Assembly: GCA_050789255.1 (NCBI GenBank)
Contig: JBOZRQ010000035.1
Coordinates: forward strand, 282-64,281
DNA length: 64,000 bases
Direction: 5' to 3'
DNA from: Symbiobacteriaceae bacterium
GTDB taxonomy: Bacteria > Bacillota > Sulfobacillia > Symbiobacteriales > Symbiobacteriaceae
The notes under the pieces are model-generated. The model ran no database searches. It was given only the letters and a program-made list of their open reading frames with translations, and had not been told where the DNA came from. Positions 19,273 through 27,924 of this stretch are shown here, one piece after another (positions within the stretch are counted from its first letter, which is position 1; every line of letters begins with the position of its first letter). The position numbers were made by a program, and so were the translations under genes.

Positions 19273-19797
19273 ATGACAGGGTTGCGCTTTCACTTTCTGG
19301 ACGACGCCCGGGGCGAGGATGCCCGACTTGCTGCCGCCATTCTGGCCGATTGCCTGAGCCGCCAGGGCTTCCAGAGCAACGCCAAGGGGACGTCCGTCGC
19401 CGTGGAGGCTGCCCCCCGCCGGGAACGGGACGCCGAAGAGGTCTTTGTGGTTCTGGATGAACATCTGCTGGCCAGCGCTGAGGTGCTCTGCCGCCTGGAC
19501 AGCCGGTCGGCGGTCGTGGTTTGCAGCGCCCGCCCCGCCCGCACCCTGAAGCATGAGCTGGGGCGGTTCACCGCAGGGGTGGCCACCGTTGACGCTTCAG
19601 GCATCGCGATCGATGAGGGCGCCGACCCCGTGGTCGCCGTGCTGGGCGGCGCAGCCCGGGCGATCCCCCTGATCGACCCTGAGGTGCTCTCCGCCTCGGT
19701 CTGGAACACGTTCGACCGCCAGTTGCCCTACGCAGCGCAGGCTGCGGTCCGGGCCTTCGACCTGGGGTATGCGCAGACACAACTGGCCCTGGCCTAA
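19273..19797 (+). CDS. 2-oxoacid:acceptor oxidoreductase gamma-subunit-like protein (degenerate, stand-alone)
   Basis: Track ORF trimmed to the ATG at 19273, with a GGAGG SD upstream. The layout resembles the POR gamma fold (…VVVCSA…VATVDASGIAIDEGADPVVAVLGGAARAI…), but the N-terminal GGQG-type motif is absent. Confidence 0.4.
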   Translation: MTGLRFHFLDDARGEDARLAAAILADCLSRQGFQSNAKGTSVAVEAAPRRERDAEEVFVVLDEHLLASAEVLCRLDSRSAVVVCSARPARTLKHELGRFTAGVATVDASGIAIDEGADPVVAVLGGAARAIPLIDPEVLSASVWNTFDRQLPYAAQAAVRAFDLGYAQTQLALA

Positions 19798-19809
19798 GCG
19801 ACGAACATG

Positions 19810-19852
19810 AAGACCCGCGCTACCGGCGAACGGTGGCGCGGGTCTTGTTTTT
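19810..19852 (+). terminator. intrinsic terminator
   Basis: AAGACCCGCGC (19810-19820) pairs with GCGCGGGTCTT (19836-19846) and is followed by GTTTTT. Confidence 0.7.
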
Positions 19853-20966
19853 AGGGTGTGGCTGCGTCCTCCAGGAACCGGCGACTGCGAAGGTAGGTGA
19901 GCCAGTGCTGCTTAACCTGGCTCAACGTTTCGCCGAGAACCTCCTGCACGGCTTCGTCGAGCGGCTGCGTCGCTGCTGAGACGGCCAGGAGCAGCACCCC
20001 GGGCTCGCCCAGGCGTGAGCGAACGTAGAGAACGAAGCTGATGCCGATGGTGTACCGGTCAAGGGGGTAGGTCTGGGTCTGATCGATCTGGTCCAGGGAG
20101 ATCTCAGACTCGAGTGCAAGCCGGTGTAGCGCCTGCATGGCTACCTCGAAGGCCTGCCATCCCGCCGATCGGGCGCCCGGGATGCGGTGGGCCGCCTCCT
20201 GGTAGGCGATCCAGGTGGCGATTCCCTCCTCCCACCAGATTGGGTTCCGGTTGTAGAGCAGGGCGTGGGTGAACTCGTGGGCCACCGTCGTGGTCAGCAC
20301 CGCCTCGGACTGGGGCGCCAGCAGAATCGACTCCGCCCGCTCCACCCACAGGCCGGAGAGGCGCCGCTCGTCGCTGGGGTTCAAGTCCACCGCCCTCCGC
20401 AGGTCTGCCACGCTCGGCATGAGGTAGATGGTCTGGGTGGGCGGGTTCTGCATCAGCAGGAAGCCCGCCAGCCACCGGTAGATCTCGGCCCAGCCCTCGA
20501 CCTGGTACGCGGGATAGGCGCCGGTGTAGTACACCGTGAGGGGCTTGGCGTGCTGGACCTCCCAGTCGTAGGGGTAGTCCGGGTTAACGTACAGGTGCCG
20601 GCCTGGCAGCTCTGTTGTGCCGACCGACCAGGCATACTCCAGCAGTTGTGCGGGGTAGCTCTCCAGGTGCCGCCGGGGCAGGGTTACCACGGTCGTTCCG
20701 CTCCTGGGTGCGCTGTAGTGGAGCGACTCGTCCAGGCGGTCTCGGGCCGCGACTGTCAGGGAGGGCAGCAGCCTGGGGTCGTGGTTCTCCAGGTAGAAGC
20801 TGACGCCCTCGCTGGTCTGCACAGACCGGGCGTGCGGGCCGGGCCCCAAATCGAGCGCGACGACGGGCTGAACCTGGCCCCGGGACGCTGCCCCCAGCCA
20901 TGCCAGTTCAGCTGCCAGTAACAGCCAGACCGCCCAGATTCGCCGCCGCCGCATCATTGTGGTCAC
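19851..20966 (-). CDS. secreted HExxH protein (putative peptidase), paralog 1
   Basis: 371 aa with the signal/anchor MRRRRIWAVWLLLAAELAWLG and an HEFTH motif. It is collinear with the upstream paralog. Confidence 0.6.
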   Translation of the reverse strand: MTTMMRRRRIWAVWLLLAAELAWLGAASRGQVQPVVALDLGPGPHARSVQTSEGVSFYLENHDPRLLPSLTVAARDRLDESLHYSAPRSGTTVVTLPRRHLESYPAQLLEYAWSVGTTELPGRHLYVNPDYPYDWEVQHAKPLTVYYTGAYPAYQVEGWAEIYRWLAGFLLMQNPPTQTIYLMPSVADLRRAVDLNPSDERRLSGLWVERAESILLAPQSEAVLTTTVAHEFTHALLYNRNPIWWEEGIATWIAYQEAAHRIPGARSAGWQAFEVAMQALHRLALESEISLDQIDQTQTYPLDRYTIGISFVLYVRSRLGEPGVLLLAVSAATQPLDEAVQEVLGETLSQVKQHWLTYLRSRRFLEDAATP

Positions 20967-20987
20967 CCCGTCCCACTCCCTCGCGTG

Positions 20988-22058
20988 TCACAAGGTGCGC
21001 ATATCGATGGTGTACTGTTCACTGCGCACGTACTCAAGCCACTTCGGTTCTACCTTGAACAGCGGCTCGCCCAGGACCTCCTCCATGGCGTCATAGAAGC
21101 GGTTGGTGCGCTTGGTCTCCGTCATTACCTTGACCAGCCCGGCCTCCCCGGCTCGTGACCTTACATACAGGACGAAACTGAGCCCGATGGTGTAGGGGTC
21201 CAAGGGCGCCTTGGTCTGGCGGGTCACCTTCTCCAAGGAAATGCTCTCTCGGCGAGCTCGCCCTTGGAGTTCCAACGCAGCCCGACGTTCTGCCACCATG
21301 GCGCTCTTGTCCTCTCGGAGGCCTATATAGCGGGCCACGCCTTCTTCCCACCAGACCGGGCTCATATCGCTGAAAAGCAGGGAGTGGGCAAGCTCGTGCG
21401 CAACGACCTCTTTCATGTATGTGTCCTGTGGGGTGTCCCCATCGATCACCAGGGCGTTCACCACCTGGACCCATAGTCCGGCGACCTGGTACGGGATGCC
21501 GTTGTTCTGCACCATGCGTTGAGCGGCCGCGGCATTGGGCATGACGAAGATGGTCCGGGGTTCAGGCTTAAGGCCAAGATAAGCCGCCACCCGTTTGTAG
21601 ATCTCTCCCCATTCGGCCAGCCCTTTGACGTCTTTCTCATCAACATAGAAGACCTTGAACTGCTCAGTCTCCTTGCTCTTCCAGTCGAAGGGATACGCTT
21701 CGTGGACCGCCAGATAGCTGCCCGAATACCGCTTGTCGCCGACCTCCCAGGTGTAGCTCACCATCGCCACCGGGAGTTTGATGTGCACCACCGAGTGGCC
21801 CAGCCGAATGCGCGTGGTCCCGCCTTCATAGCTGGGCTCCCGCAGATAGGTGGCGTAGTCAGCCTTACCATGAACCGTCAGCTTGGGCTTCACCTGGGGC
21901 GAGTGCCCCTCCAAGATAAAGGTAAGGCCGGTTCGGTCCTGCTCCACGCGCATGACCGGATCGGTGTGAGCTGCGGTCGGCGCCTGCTGCTGCAGCCCCA
22001 ACCACGCCACTTGAGCAAGCAGTAACACCCACACGGACCAGATTTGGAAACGGCGCAT
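20988..22058 (-). CDS. secreted HExxH protein (putative peptidase), paralog 2
   Basis: Track ORF trimmed to the ATG at 22058 (MRRFQIWSVWVLLLAQVAWLG). It has an HELAH motif and shares blocks with paralog 1 (WWEEG.A..I, PLD.YTIG.SFVLYVRSR.GE.G). Confidence 0.6.
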   Translation of the reverse strand: MRRFQIWSVWVLLLAQVAWLGLQQQAPTAAHTDPVMRVEQDRTGLTFILEGHSPQVKPKLTVHGKADYATYLREPSYEGGTTRIRLGHSVVHIKLPVAMVSYTWEVGDKRYSGSYLAVHEAYPFDWKSKETEQFKVFYVDEKDVKGLAEWGEIYKRVAAYLGLKPEPRTIFVMPNAAAAQRMVQNNGIPYQVAGLWVQVVNALVIDGDTPQDTYMKEVVAHELAHSLLFSDMSPVWWEEGVARYIGLREDKSAMVAERRAALELQGRARRESISLEKVTRQTKAPLDPYTIGLSFVLYVRSRAGEAGLVKVMTETKRTNRFYDAMEEVLGEPLFKVEPKWLEYVRSEQYTIDMRTL

Positions 22059-22101
22059 CGTAGAAGACCACCCCTTGAATGCGCAGAGCATTTCAGCAGG
22101 T

Positions 22102-22140
22102 AAAAAAGTTCAACCCCAAGGGACAAATCCCTTGGGGTTG
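22102..22140 (-). terminator. intrinsic terminator of the pdh-type operon
   Basis: CAACCCCAAGGGA pairs with TCCCTTGGGGTTG (22111-22140). On the minus strand it is followed by AACTTTTTTAC. Confidence 0.8.
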
Positions 22141-22153
22141 AGTAGGAGTTTCC

Positions 22154-23569
22154 TTACTTTCTGCCGCCCTTTTCGATCTGGTGGACCAGCGTGTGGGCCG
22201 CCTCCAGGATGCCCTCAGAGAGGGTCGGGTGGTAATGCGGGGTCAGGGCGATGTCCTCCACGAGGGAGCCCATTTCGATGGCGAGGGTCATTTCGCCGAT
22301 CAGCTCGGAGACCTCGGGGCCGCACATTTGGGCGCCCAACAGAACACCGGTTGCCTTGTCGGCCACGAGCTTCACGAGACCGTCGGACTCGCCCATGGTA
22401 AGGGCCCGGCCGATCGCCGCAAACATGTGCTTGCTGACGATCACGTCGTAACCCTTCTCCTTGGCCTGCTTCTCGGTCAGGCCGACATAGGCGATCTCGG
22501 GGTCGGTGAAGATGACCGCGGGGATGGTCTGCCAGTCGGAGTGAGAGGGCTGCCCGGCGATCGCCTCGGCCGCCACACGGCCCTGGGAGCTGGCCAGGTG
22601 GGCCAGCATGATCCGGTTGACCACGTCGCCGATGGCGAAGATGTGGGAGACGTTGGTCCGCTGCTGGTCGTCGACGAGGATGAAGCCCTGCTCGTCCACC
22701 TTGACGCCAGCCTTGTCCAACTCAAGCCCCTCGGTATACGGGCGCCGGCCCACCGCCACCAGGACCTTGTCGGCGGGGAGCTCGTGGGTCTTGCCGTCGG
22801 CGTCCTCCACCTTGACGACGCCGTTCTGCAGGCCGCCCGAGGCCTTGGACTTCAGCATGACCGTGATGCCGATGCGGCGCAGCTTGCGCATGAGCACGGC
22901 GACCAGGTCCGCATCGGTGCCGGGGAGCAGCTGCTCGGTCGCCTCGACGATGGTGACGTTGGAGCCCAGCTTGGCGTAAGCGATGCCGAGCTCGACGCCG
23001 ATGTAGCCGCCGCCGACCACCACGAAGTTCTTGGGGACCTCCTGGAACGCCAGGGCGCCGCGGGCGTCGACCACGTTCACCCCGTCGACCGGGAAGAACT
23101 TGGGGTTGACCGCCTGGGAGCCGGTGGCGATGATGCAGTTCTTAAAGCCATAGATCTGGGACTGGCCGTCCTGCACGTCGATGGCCACGGTGTGGGGATC
23201 GACAAAGCGGGCCTTGCCCTTGACGACCTCCACGTCGCCGGCCTTCATGAGGGCGCCGACGCCGCTGGTGAGCCGCTTAATTACCTTGGTCTGCTTCCAC
23301 TCCTGGGTCTTGGCGAAGTTGAGCTCCACCCCGGAGACCTTGACGCCCCGGTCCTCGGACTCCTTGGCCTCGTGGATCAGGTTGCCCACGGAGATCAGGG
23401 CCTTGGAGGGAATGCATCCGTGGTTGAGGCAGGTGCCGCCGAGCTCTTCGAGCTCCACCAGCGTGACCGTCTGGCCGAGCTGGGAGGCCCGCTGGGCCGC
23501 CACGTAGCCGCCGGGGCCGGCGCCCAGAATAATCGTGTCGGTACCGATCTTGGACGAACCCATGACCAT
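22154..23569 (-). CDS. pdhD: dihydrolipoyl dehydrogenase (E3)
   Basis: Track ORF 22154..24364 trimmed to the ATG at 23569 (MVMGSSKIGTDTIILGAGPGGY...). It has the redox-active GGTCLNHGCIPSK motif and FAD/NAD folds. The upstream 265 aa of the track ORF are out-of-frame overlap with E2. Confidence 0.95.
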   Translation of the reverse strand: MVMGSSKIGTDTIILGAGPGGYVAAQRASQLGQTVTLVELEELGGTCLNHGCIPSKALISVGNLIHEAKESEDRGVKVSGVELNFAKTQEWKQTKVIKRLTSGVGALMKAGDVEVVKGKARFVDPHTVAIDVQDGQSQIYGFKNCIIATGSQAVNPKFFPVDGVNVVDARGALAFQEVPKNFVVVGGGYIGVELGIAYAKLGSNVTIVEATEQLLPGTDADLVAVLMRKLRRIGITVMLKSKASGGLQNGVVKVEDADGKTHELPADKVLVAVGRRPYTEGLELDKAGVKVDEQGFILVDDQQRTNVSHIFAIGDVVNRIMLAHLASSQGRVAAEAIAGQPSHSDWQTIPAVIFTDPEIAYVGLTEKQAKEKGYDVIVSKHMFAAIGRALTMGESDGLVKLVADKATGVLLGAQMCGPEVSELIGEMTLAIEMGSLVEDIALTPHYHPTLSEGILEAAHTLVHQIEKGGRK

Positions 23570-23571
23570 GG

Positions 23572-24921
23572 TTACATCGCCTCCATCATGAGCAGGGTCG
23601 GGTTGGCGAGGAGTTCGATGACCCGATTCATGAAGCGAGTCGCCAGGGCGCCGTCGATGAGTCGGTGGTCGAAGGAGAGGGCGAGGTAGGTCATCTTGCG
23701 GATGACGATCGCACCGTCGCGGACGACCGGGCGGTCCTGGGTCTTGCCGATGCCGAGGATGGCGACCTCGGGGTAGTTGATGACCGGGGTGAAGTAGAGC
23801 CCGCCGATGGAGCCCTGGTTGGAGACGGTGAAGGTGGAGCCCTTCATTTCGTCGGGGGTGAGCTTGCCAGCCTTGCCGCGGGCGATGAGGTCCTCCATCT
23901 CGGCGGCGATCTGGAAGACCGACTTCTTGTCGGCATCCTTGACCACCGGCACGAGCAGACCGGCCTCGGTGTCGAGGGCGAAGCCGATGTGGTACTGCTT
24001 GCGCAGCACGATCTCCTGCTTTTCGTCGTCGATCTGGGCGTTGAGGTAGGGGAACTCCTTGAGGGCGGTGGTGAGCGCCTTGAAGAAGAACGGCATGAAG
24101 GAGAGCTTGATTCCCTTCTTGGCCGCCATCTCCTTGGCCTTGGCCCGGAACTCCACCAGCTCGGTCATGTCGACCTCGTCCACCGAGGTGACGTGCGGGG
24201 CGGTGTGCTTGGACTTGACCATGCGCTCCGAGATCACCTTGCGGATGCCGCGGAGAGGGATGCGCTCGTCCCCGGCGACCGGGGCCACGGCGTTCTTGGC
24301 CACAGCCATGGGCGCGGGCGCCGCGGCGGGAGCCACAGCGGTCGGCTCGGGCTGGACGAAGCACTCGGTGGCAGCCTCCGGGCCGGCAGCCGCGGGGGCC
24401 GCAGCAGCCGGGCCGCCAGCGGCGAAGCGGCGGACATCGTCGGCCGTGACGCGGCCGGCAGGGCCGGAGCCCGGCACCTGGTCGATATTAATGCCCAAAG
24501 CGCGGGCAAGCTTGCGGGTGGCCGGTGCGGCCAGCGCACGACCGCCGGCGGCGGCAGCGGCGGCAGGAGCAGGCGCCGTGGCCGGGAAGGCGGTCACGTC
24601 GGCCTGGGCCTTGGGCTGGGCGCCCGCCGGGGCGGCAGCCGTGGCCGAGGCGGCCTCCTTGTCGGTGGGCATGGCGGTGGCAGTGCCGTCATCGAATGTG
24701 ACGACGACGTTGCCGACAATCAGGATGTCGCCGACCTTGCCGTGCAGCTTGGACACCTTGCCATTGACCGGGGAGGTAATCTCCACCGCAGCCTTGTCGG
24801 TCTGAACTTCAAGGAGCGGCTGGTCGATCTTGACCGTGTCGCCCTCGTTTACCATCCACTTCAGCAACTCCGCCTCGTGCAGGCCCTCGCCGACGTCGGG
24901 GAGTTTGAATTCAGTTGCCAT
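23572..24921 (-). CDS. pdhC: dihydrolipoamide acyltransferase (E2)
   Basis: It has a lipoyl domain (LEVQTDKAAVEITSP), Ala/Pro linkers, a subunit-binding domain (ATRKLARALGINIDQVPGSGPAGRV) and a catalytic DHRLIDG motif. Confidence 0.95.
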   Translation of the reverse strand: MATEFKLPDVGEGLHEAELLKWMVNEGDTVKIDQPLLEVQTDKAAVEITSPVNGKVSKLHGKVGDILIVGNVVVTFDDGTATAMPTDKEAASATAAAPAGAQPKAQADVTAFPATAPAPAAAAAAGGRALAAPATRKLARALGINIDQVPGSGPAGRVTADDVRRFAAGGPAAAAPAAAGPEAATECFVQPEPTAVAPAAAPAPMAVAKNAVAPVAGDERIPLRGIRKVISERMVKSKHTAPHVTSVDEVDMTELVEFRAKAKEMAAKKGIKLSFMPFFFKALTTALKEFPYLNAQIDDEKQEIVLRKQYHIGFALDTEAGLLVPVVKDADKKSVFQIAAEMEDLIARGKAGKLTPDEMKGSTFTVSNQGSIGGLYFTPVINYPEVAILGIGKTQDRPVVRDGAIVIRKMTYLALSFDHRLIDGALATRFMNRVIELLANPTLLMMEAM

Positions 24922-24942
24922 GGTGAGTCGCAGCCTCCCGTC

Positions 24943-25926
24943 TTACTGGTACGACATGACACCGGTGATGGCGTCAATCACGCGGCCGGCGTCGGGCAGG
25001 TAGAGATCCTCCGTGAGCCGGTAGGGCATGGGCACGTCGAAGCCGGTCACCCGGGCGACGGGCGCCTGCAGGTATTCGAGAGCGTTGTCGTTGATCAGGG
25101 CGATCAGTTCGCTATGGAAGCCGGCGGTGCGGGGCGCCTCGGTGACGATGACGGCACGGCCGGTCTTCTTGACGGAGTTGATGACGGTATCCAGGTCGAG
25201 CGGCACGATCGAGCGCAGGTCGACCACCTCCGCCTGCCAGCCGTTCTGGGCGGCGACCTGCTCAGCGGCCTCCAGGGCGGTGTGGACGTGGCGGCCGTAG
25301 GAGATGATGGTCAGGTCCTTACCCTCCCGGGCGATGGCCGCCTTGCCGATGGGCACCGTGTAGTGCTCTTCGGGCACCTCGGCGCGGAAGGAGCGGTAGA
25401 GCGCCTTCGGCTCGAAGTACATGACCGGGTCCGGATCATCGATGGCGGCGAGGAGCAGGCCCTTAGCGTCGTAGGGGTTGGACGGAGCGACGATCTTGAG
25501 GCCGGGGTTGTTGGCATACCAGGCCTCGATCGACTCGGAGTGGTGCTCCAGCGCCTTGATGCCGCCCCAGGAGGGAACACGGAGCACCATGGGGCAGGTG
25601 AACCGGCCCCGGCTGCGATGGCGGACCCGGGCGATCTGGTTGACCACGTGCTCGTGGGCGGGGGCCAGGAAGCCGTCGAACTGGACCTCCACGACGGGCT
25701 TCAGGCCGTTGACCGCCATGCCCATGGCGGCGCCCACGAAGCCGGACTCGGCGAGCGGAGCGTCGATGGCCCGCTCGGCGCCAAACTCCTGGTAAATGCC
25801 CTCGGTGGCACGGAAGACGCCGCCGTTGACACCAACGTCCTCACCAATAATCAGAACGCTGGGGTCGCGACGCATCGCGACCTTCATCGCATCATTAATA
25901 GCTTGGATCAGCGTCATCTTAGCCAT
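24943..25926 (-). CDS. pdhB: 2-oxoacid dehydrogenase E1 beta subunit
   Basis: 327 aa with a transketolase-like pyrimidine-binding and C-terminal domain pattern. It overlaps the E1 alpha stop by 8 nt. Confidence 0.95.
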   Translation of the reverse strand: MAKMTLIQAINDAMKVAMRRDPSVLIIGEDVGVNGGVFRATEGIYQEFGAERAIDAPLAESGFVGAAMGMAVNGLKPVVEVQFDGFLAPAHEHVVNQIARVRHRSRGRFTCPMVLRVPSWGGIKALEHHSESIEAWYANNPGLKIVAPSNPYDAKGLLLAAIDDPDPVMYFEPKALYRSFRAEVPEEHYTVPIGKAAIAREGKDLTIISYGRHVHTALEAAEQVAAQNGWQAEVVDLRSIVPLDLDTVINSVKKTGRAVIVTEAPRTAGFHSELIALINDNALEYLQAPVARVTGFDVPMPYRLTEDLYLPDAGRVIDAITGVMSYQ

Positions 25927-27058
25927 GCTTGGCAGCCTCCCCGTGACCCTTCTTGGCCAGGTACGACTTCAGGTACTGCTTCTGGCGCTGCAGCTCCGGC
26001 GTCGGCTCGGCATAGAGGTGATCGAACACATCATCAACGGTGGGGTTCGGGATCGAGTCGGCCTCGGCGATGGCGTTGTTGACCTGCTCGCGGGCCGAGT
26101 TCCACAGGGCCTCGTCTTCAGCGTCGTTCCAGAGGCCCTTGGAGACCAGGTAGCGCTTCATGCGGAAGATGGGGTCCTTGGCCTGCCACTCGTCGAGGGC
26201 CTGGCCCTGGTTGGTCTTGATTTCGCCCTCTTCGCGGTAGCGCTTGGGATCGTCGGGCGTGGTGTGCGGGCCGTAGCGGAAGGTAAGGGCCTCCACCAGG
26301 GTGGGACCGCCGCCGCTCTTGCCGCGCTCGATGGCTTCCTTCATGACGGTCAGCACAGCGAGGATGTCCTGGCCGTCGACCCGGACGCCGGCGATGTCAT
26401 AGGCCAGAGCCCGCTGCGCCAGGGTCTTGGTCTTGAACTGCTTGGAGTTCGGGGTGGAGATGGCGTACTTATTATTCTGGATGAAGAAGATGGTGGCGGT
26501 GTTCTGGACCGCCGCAAAGTTGAGCGCTTCATGGAAGTCGCCGGGGGAGGTGCCTCCGTCGCCGGCGTAGCCGACCGCCACGGTGTCCTCCTTGCGGATC
26601 TTGGCGGCCCAGGTGGCGCCCACGGCGTGCACGAGCTGCGTGGCGATGGGAATGGAGATCGGGAAGGCGTTTACACCCTCGGGGGCGTGGCTGCCGGACT
26701 CATCGCCCATATAGTAGCGAATGATGTGTTTGGAGGGAACGCCCAGGACCTGCATGGCGCCGTGATCGCGATAGGTCGGGAAGACCCAGTCCTGAGCGGG
26801 CCGCAGCAGGTAGGCGGAACCGACCTGGCAGGCCTCCTGGCCGGAGAACGGGGCGAAGGTGCCCATGCGGCCCTGGCGGGAGAGATTCAGGCAACGCTGG
26901 TCGAATACCCGCAGGTAGACCATCCAGCGGTAAACATCCTTCAGTTGATCAGCCGTAAAATCGGGCTCCGGCCCGACCAGAGTCCCGTCGGGATTCAGGA
27001 CGCGGCGGACTGTGAACAGTTGCTCCATGTCCAACTTTTGCTCTTCCTTGAGTTCCAC
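25919..27058 (-). CDS. pdhA: 2-oxoacid dehydrogenase E1 alpha subunit (TPP-dependent, PdhA-like)
   Basis: 379 aa with a GTG start and an AAGGGGG SD. It has the TPP motif GDGGTSPGDFHEALNFAAV...NN and closely follows Bacillus PdhA as I recall it (RQGRMG.FAP..GQEA). Confidence 0.9.
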   Translation of the reverse strand: MELKEEQKLDMEQLFTVRRVLNPDGTLVGPEPDFTADQLKDVYRWMVYLRVFDQRCLNLSRQGRMGTFAPFSGQEACQVGSAYLLRPAQDWVFPTYRDHGAMQVLGVPSKHIIRYYMGDESGSHAPEGVNAFPISIPIATQLVHAVGATWAAKIRKEDTVAVGYAGDGGTSPGDFHEALNFAAVQNTATIFFIQNNKYAISTPNSKQFKTKTLAQRALAYDIAGVRVDGQDILAVLTVMKEAIERGKSGGGPTLVEALTFRYGPHTTPDDPKRYREEGEIKTNQGQALDEWQAKDPIFRMKRYLVSKGLWNDAEDEALWNSAREQVNNAIAEADSIPNPTVDDVFDHLYAEPTPELQRQKQYLKSYLAKKGHGEAAKHG

Positions 27059-27158
27059 GGAGATAGACCCCCTTCGGATAACTGCGGTAGAGCATATCGA
27101 TCAGGGTCGCCCCTGCACCATCGCGCTACCGTGAATGGCACTTTCGTACTATGGACTA

Positions 27159-27187
27159 TTGTAATTCGCCGGTAGATACGGGTCAAC
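27159..27187 (-). promoter_or_regulatory. sigma-A-type promoter for the pdh operon (TTGACC-17-TACAAT)
   Basis: Minus-strand reading: -35 at 27187-27182, -10 at 27164-27159, with an exact 17-nt spacer. It lies about 100 nt upstream of the pdhA start. Confidence 0.55.
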
Positions 27188-27222
27188 ATAAACCAATAAC
27201 CTGCATTTCACCGGAAAACCGT

Positions 27223-27251
27223 TGACGAATCTCCCATTCCCCCATATAATA
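27223..27251 (+). promoter_or_regulatory. orphan sigma-A-type promoter (TTGACG-17-TATAAT)
   Basis: Consensus -10 and a 5/6 -35 match with a 17-nt spacer. It points into about 270 nt of non-coding, lower-GC sequence before arsR. Confidence 0.45.
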
Positions 27252-27453
27252 CGCAACTTTTTCACACATCCACGGCTTCCACAAACCGCCACGCTCTTCC
27301 CCCCTGTACAGGACTCCCTTAATGTAGGATATTTGTATTAGGCAACTTTCCTGAACCCGAAACGGCTGATCAATATTGCAGAATAGGCGGAACTCTACGC
27401 CAGCGTTTACACGTCTTTACGAGATTGTTACACTCGACAAATCTCGACTCCGA

Positions 27454-27482
27454 TTGACAAACCCTATCGGACGGATGATAAT
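27454..27482 (+). promoter_or_regulatory. sigma-A-type promoter of the arsR operon (TTGACA-17-GATAAT)
   Basis: Read directly, about 40 nt upstream of the arsR ATG. An imperfect inverted repeat GAGATTGT...ACAAATCTC (27421-27447) lies just upstream and is a candidate operator. Confidence 0.55.
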
Positions 27483-27521
27483 TAAAATATTAGAAGTTTA
27501 TTTAGCGGGGGTAGTCCAGTT

Positions 27522-27854
27522 ATGGAACAGGATCGTCGAATTTTCGAGCTTCAGGCGCGCGTGTGTCAGGTGTTGGCGAATCCGAAGCGGCTTGAGATCC
27601 TGTACACCCTGAAGGACACCGAGATGACCGCCGGCGAGCTCGCCAAGACGGTCGATGTTACCATGCCCAACCTGTCTCAGCATCTGTCGCTGATGAAGCA
27701 GTACGGTCTGGTAGAGTCTCGCAAGGAAGGCCTGAATATGTACTATCGGGTCGCCTCCGACCATATTCTTGAGGTCTGCGCTTCGGTCCGGAAGGTGCTC
27801 GCTGAGCAGCTGGCCCGTCAGACGGTCTTGCTTGATCAGGTCTCTGCCGAGTAA
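27522..27854 (+). CDS. ArsR/SmtB-family transcriptional repressor
   Basis: 110 aa. The sequence LANPKRLEILYTLKDTEMTAGELAKTVDVTMPNLSQHLSLMKQYGLV is a classic ArsR wHTH. Confidence 0.9.
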   Translation: MEQDRRIFELQARVCQVLANPKRLEILYTLKDTEMTAGELAKTVDVTMPNLSQHLSLMKQYGLVESRKEGLNMYYRVASDHILEVCASVRKVLAEQLARQTVLLDQVSAE

Positions 27855-27868
27855 AGTAGAATCACGTA

Positions 27869-27904
27869 GCCCCCTGTCACCAACGGTGGCAGGGGGCCTT
27901 TTGT
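27869..27904 (+). terminator. hairpin plus T-tract between arsR and the MFS gene (terminator/attenuator)
   Basis: GCCCCCTGTCACC pairs with GGTGGCAGGGGGC (one G-U pair) around a 3-nt loop and is followed by CTTTTGT. It ends 20 nt before the MFS GTG start. Confidence 0.55.
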
Positions 27905-27924
27905 CGTAGGAGGCCATACGCAAG

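Noticed and set aside
23570-24364. N-terminal 265-aa extension of the 736-aa track ORF 22154..24364.
   Set aside because: It is an out-of-frame overlap with the E2 gene and is Arg/Pro/Gly-rich. The real E3 starts at the ATG at 23569 (MVMGSSKIG...GAGPGGY), 2 nt after the E2 stop.
27376-27612. 78-aa plus-strand ORF in the pdh/arsR intergenic region.
   Set aside because: It has no SD, overlaps the arsR start out of frame and has an implausible composition. The region is treated as non-coding.
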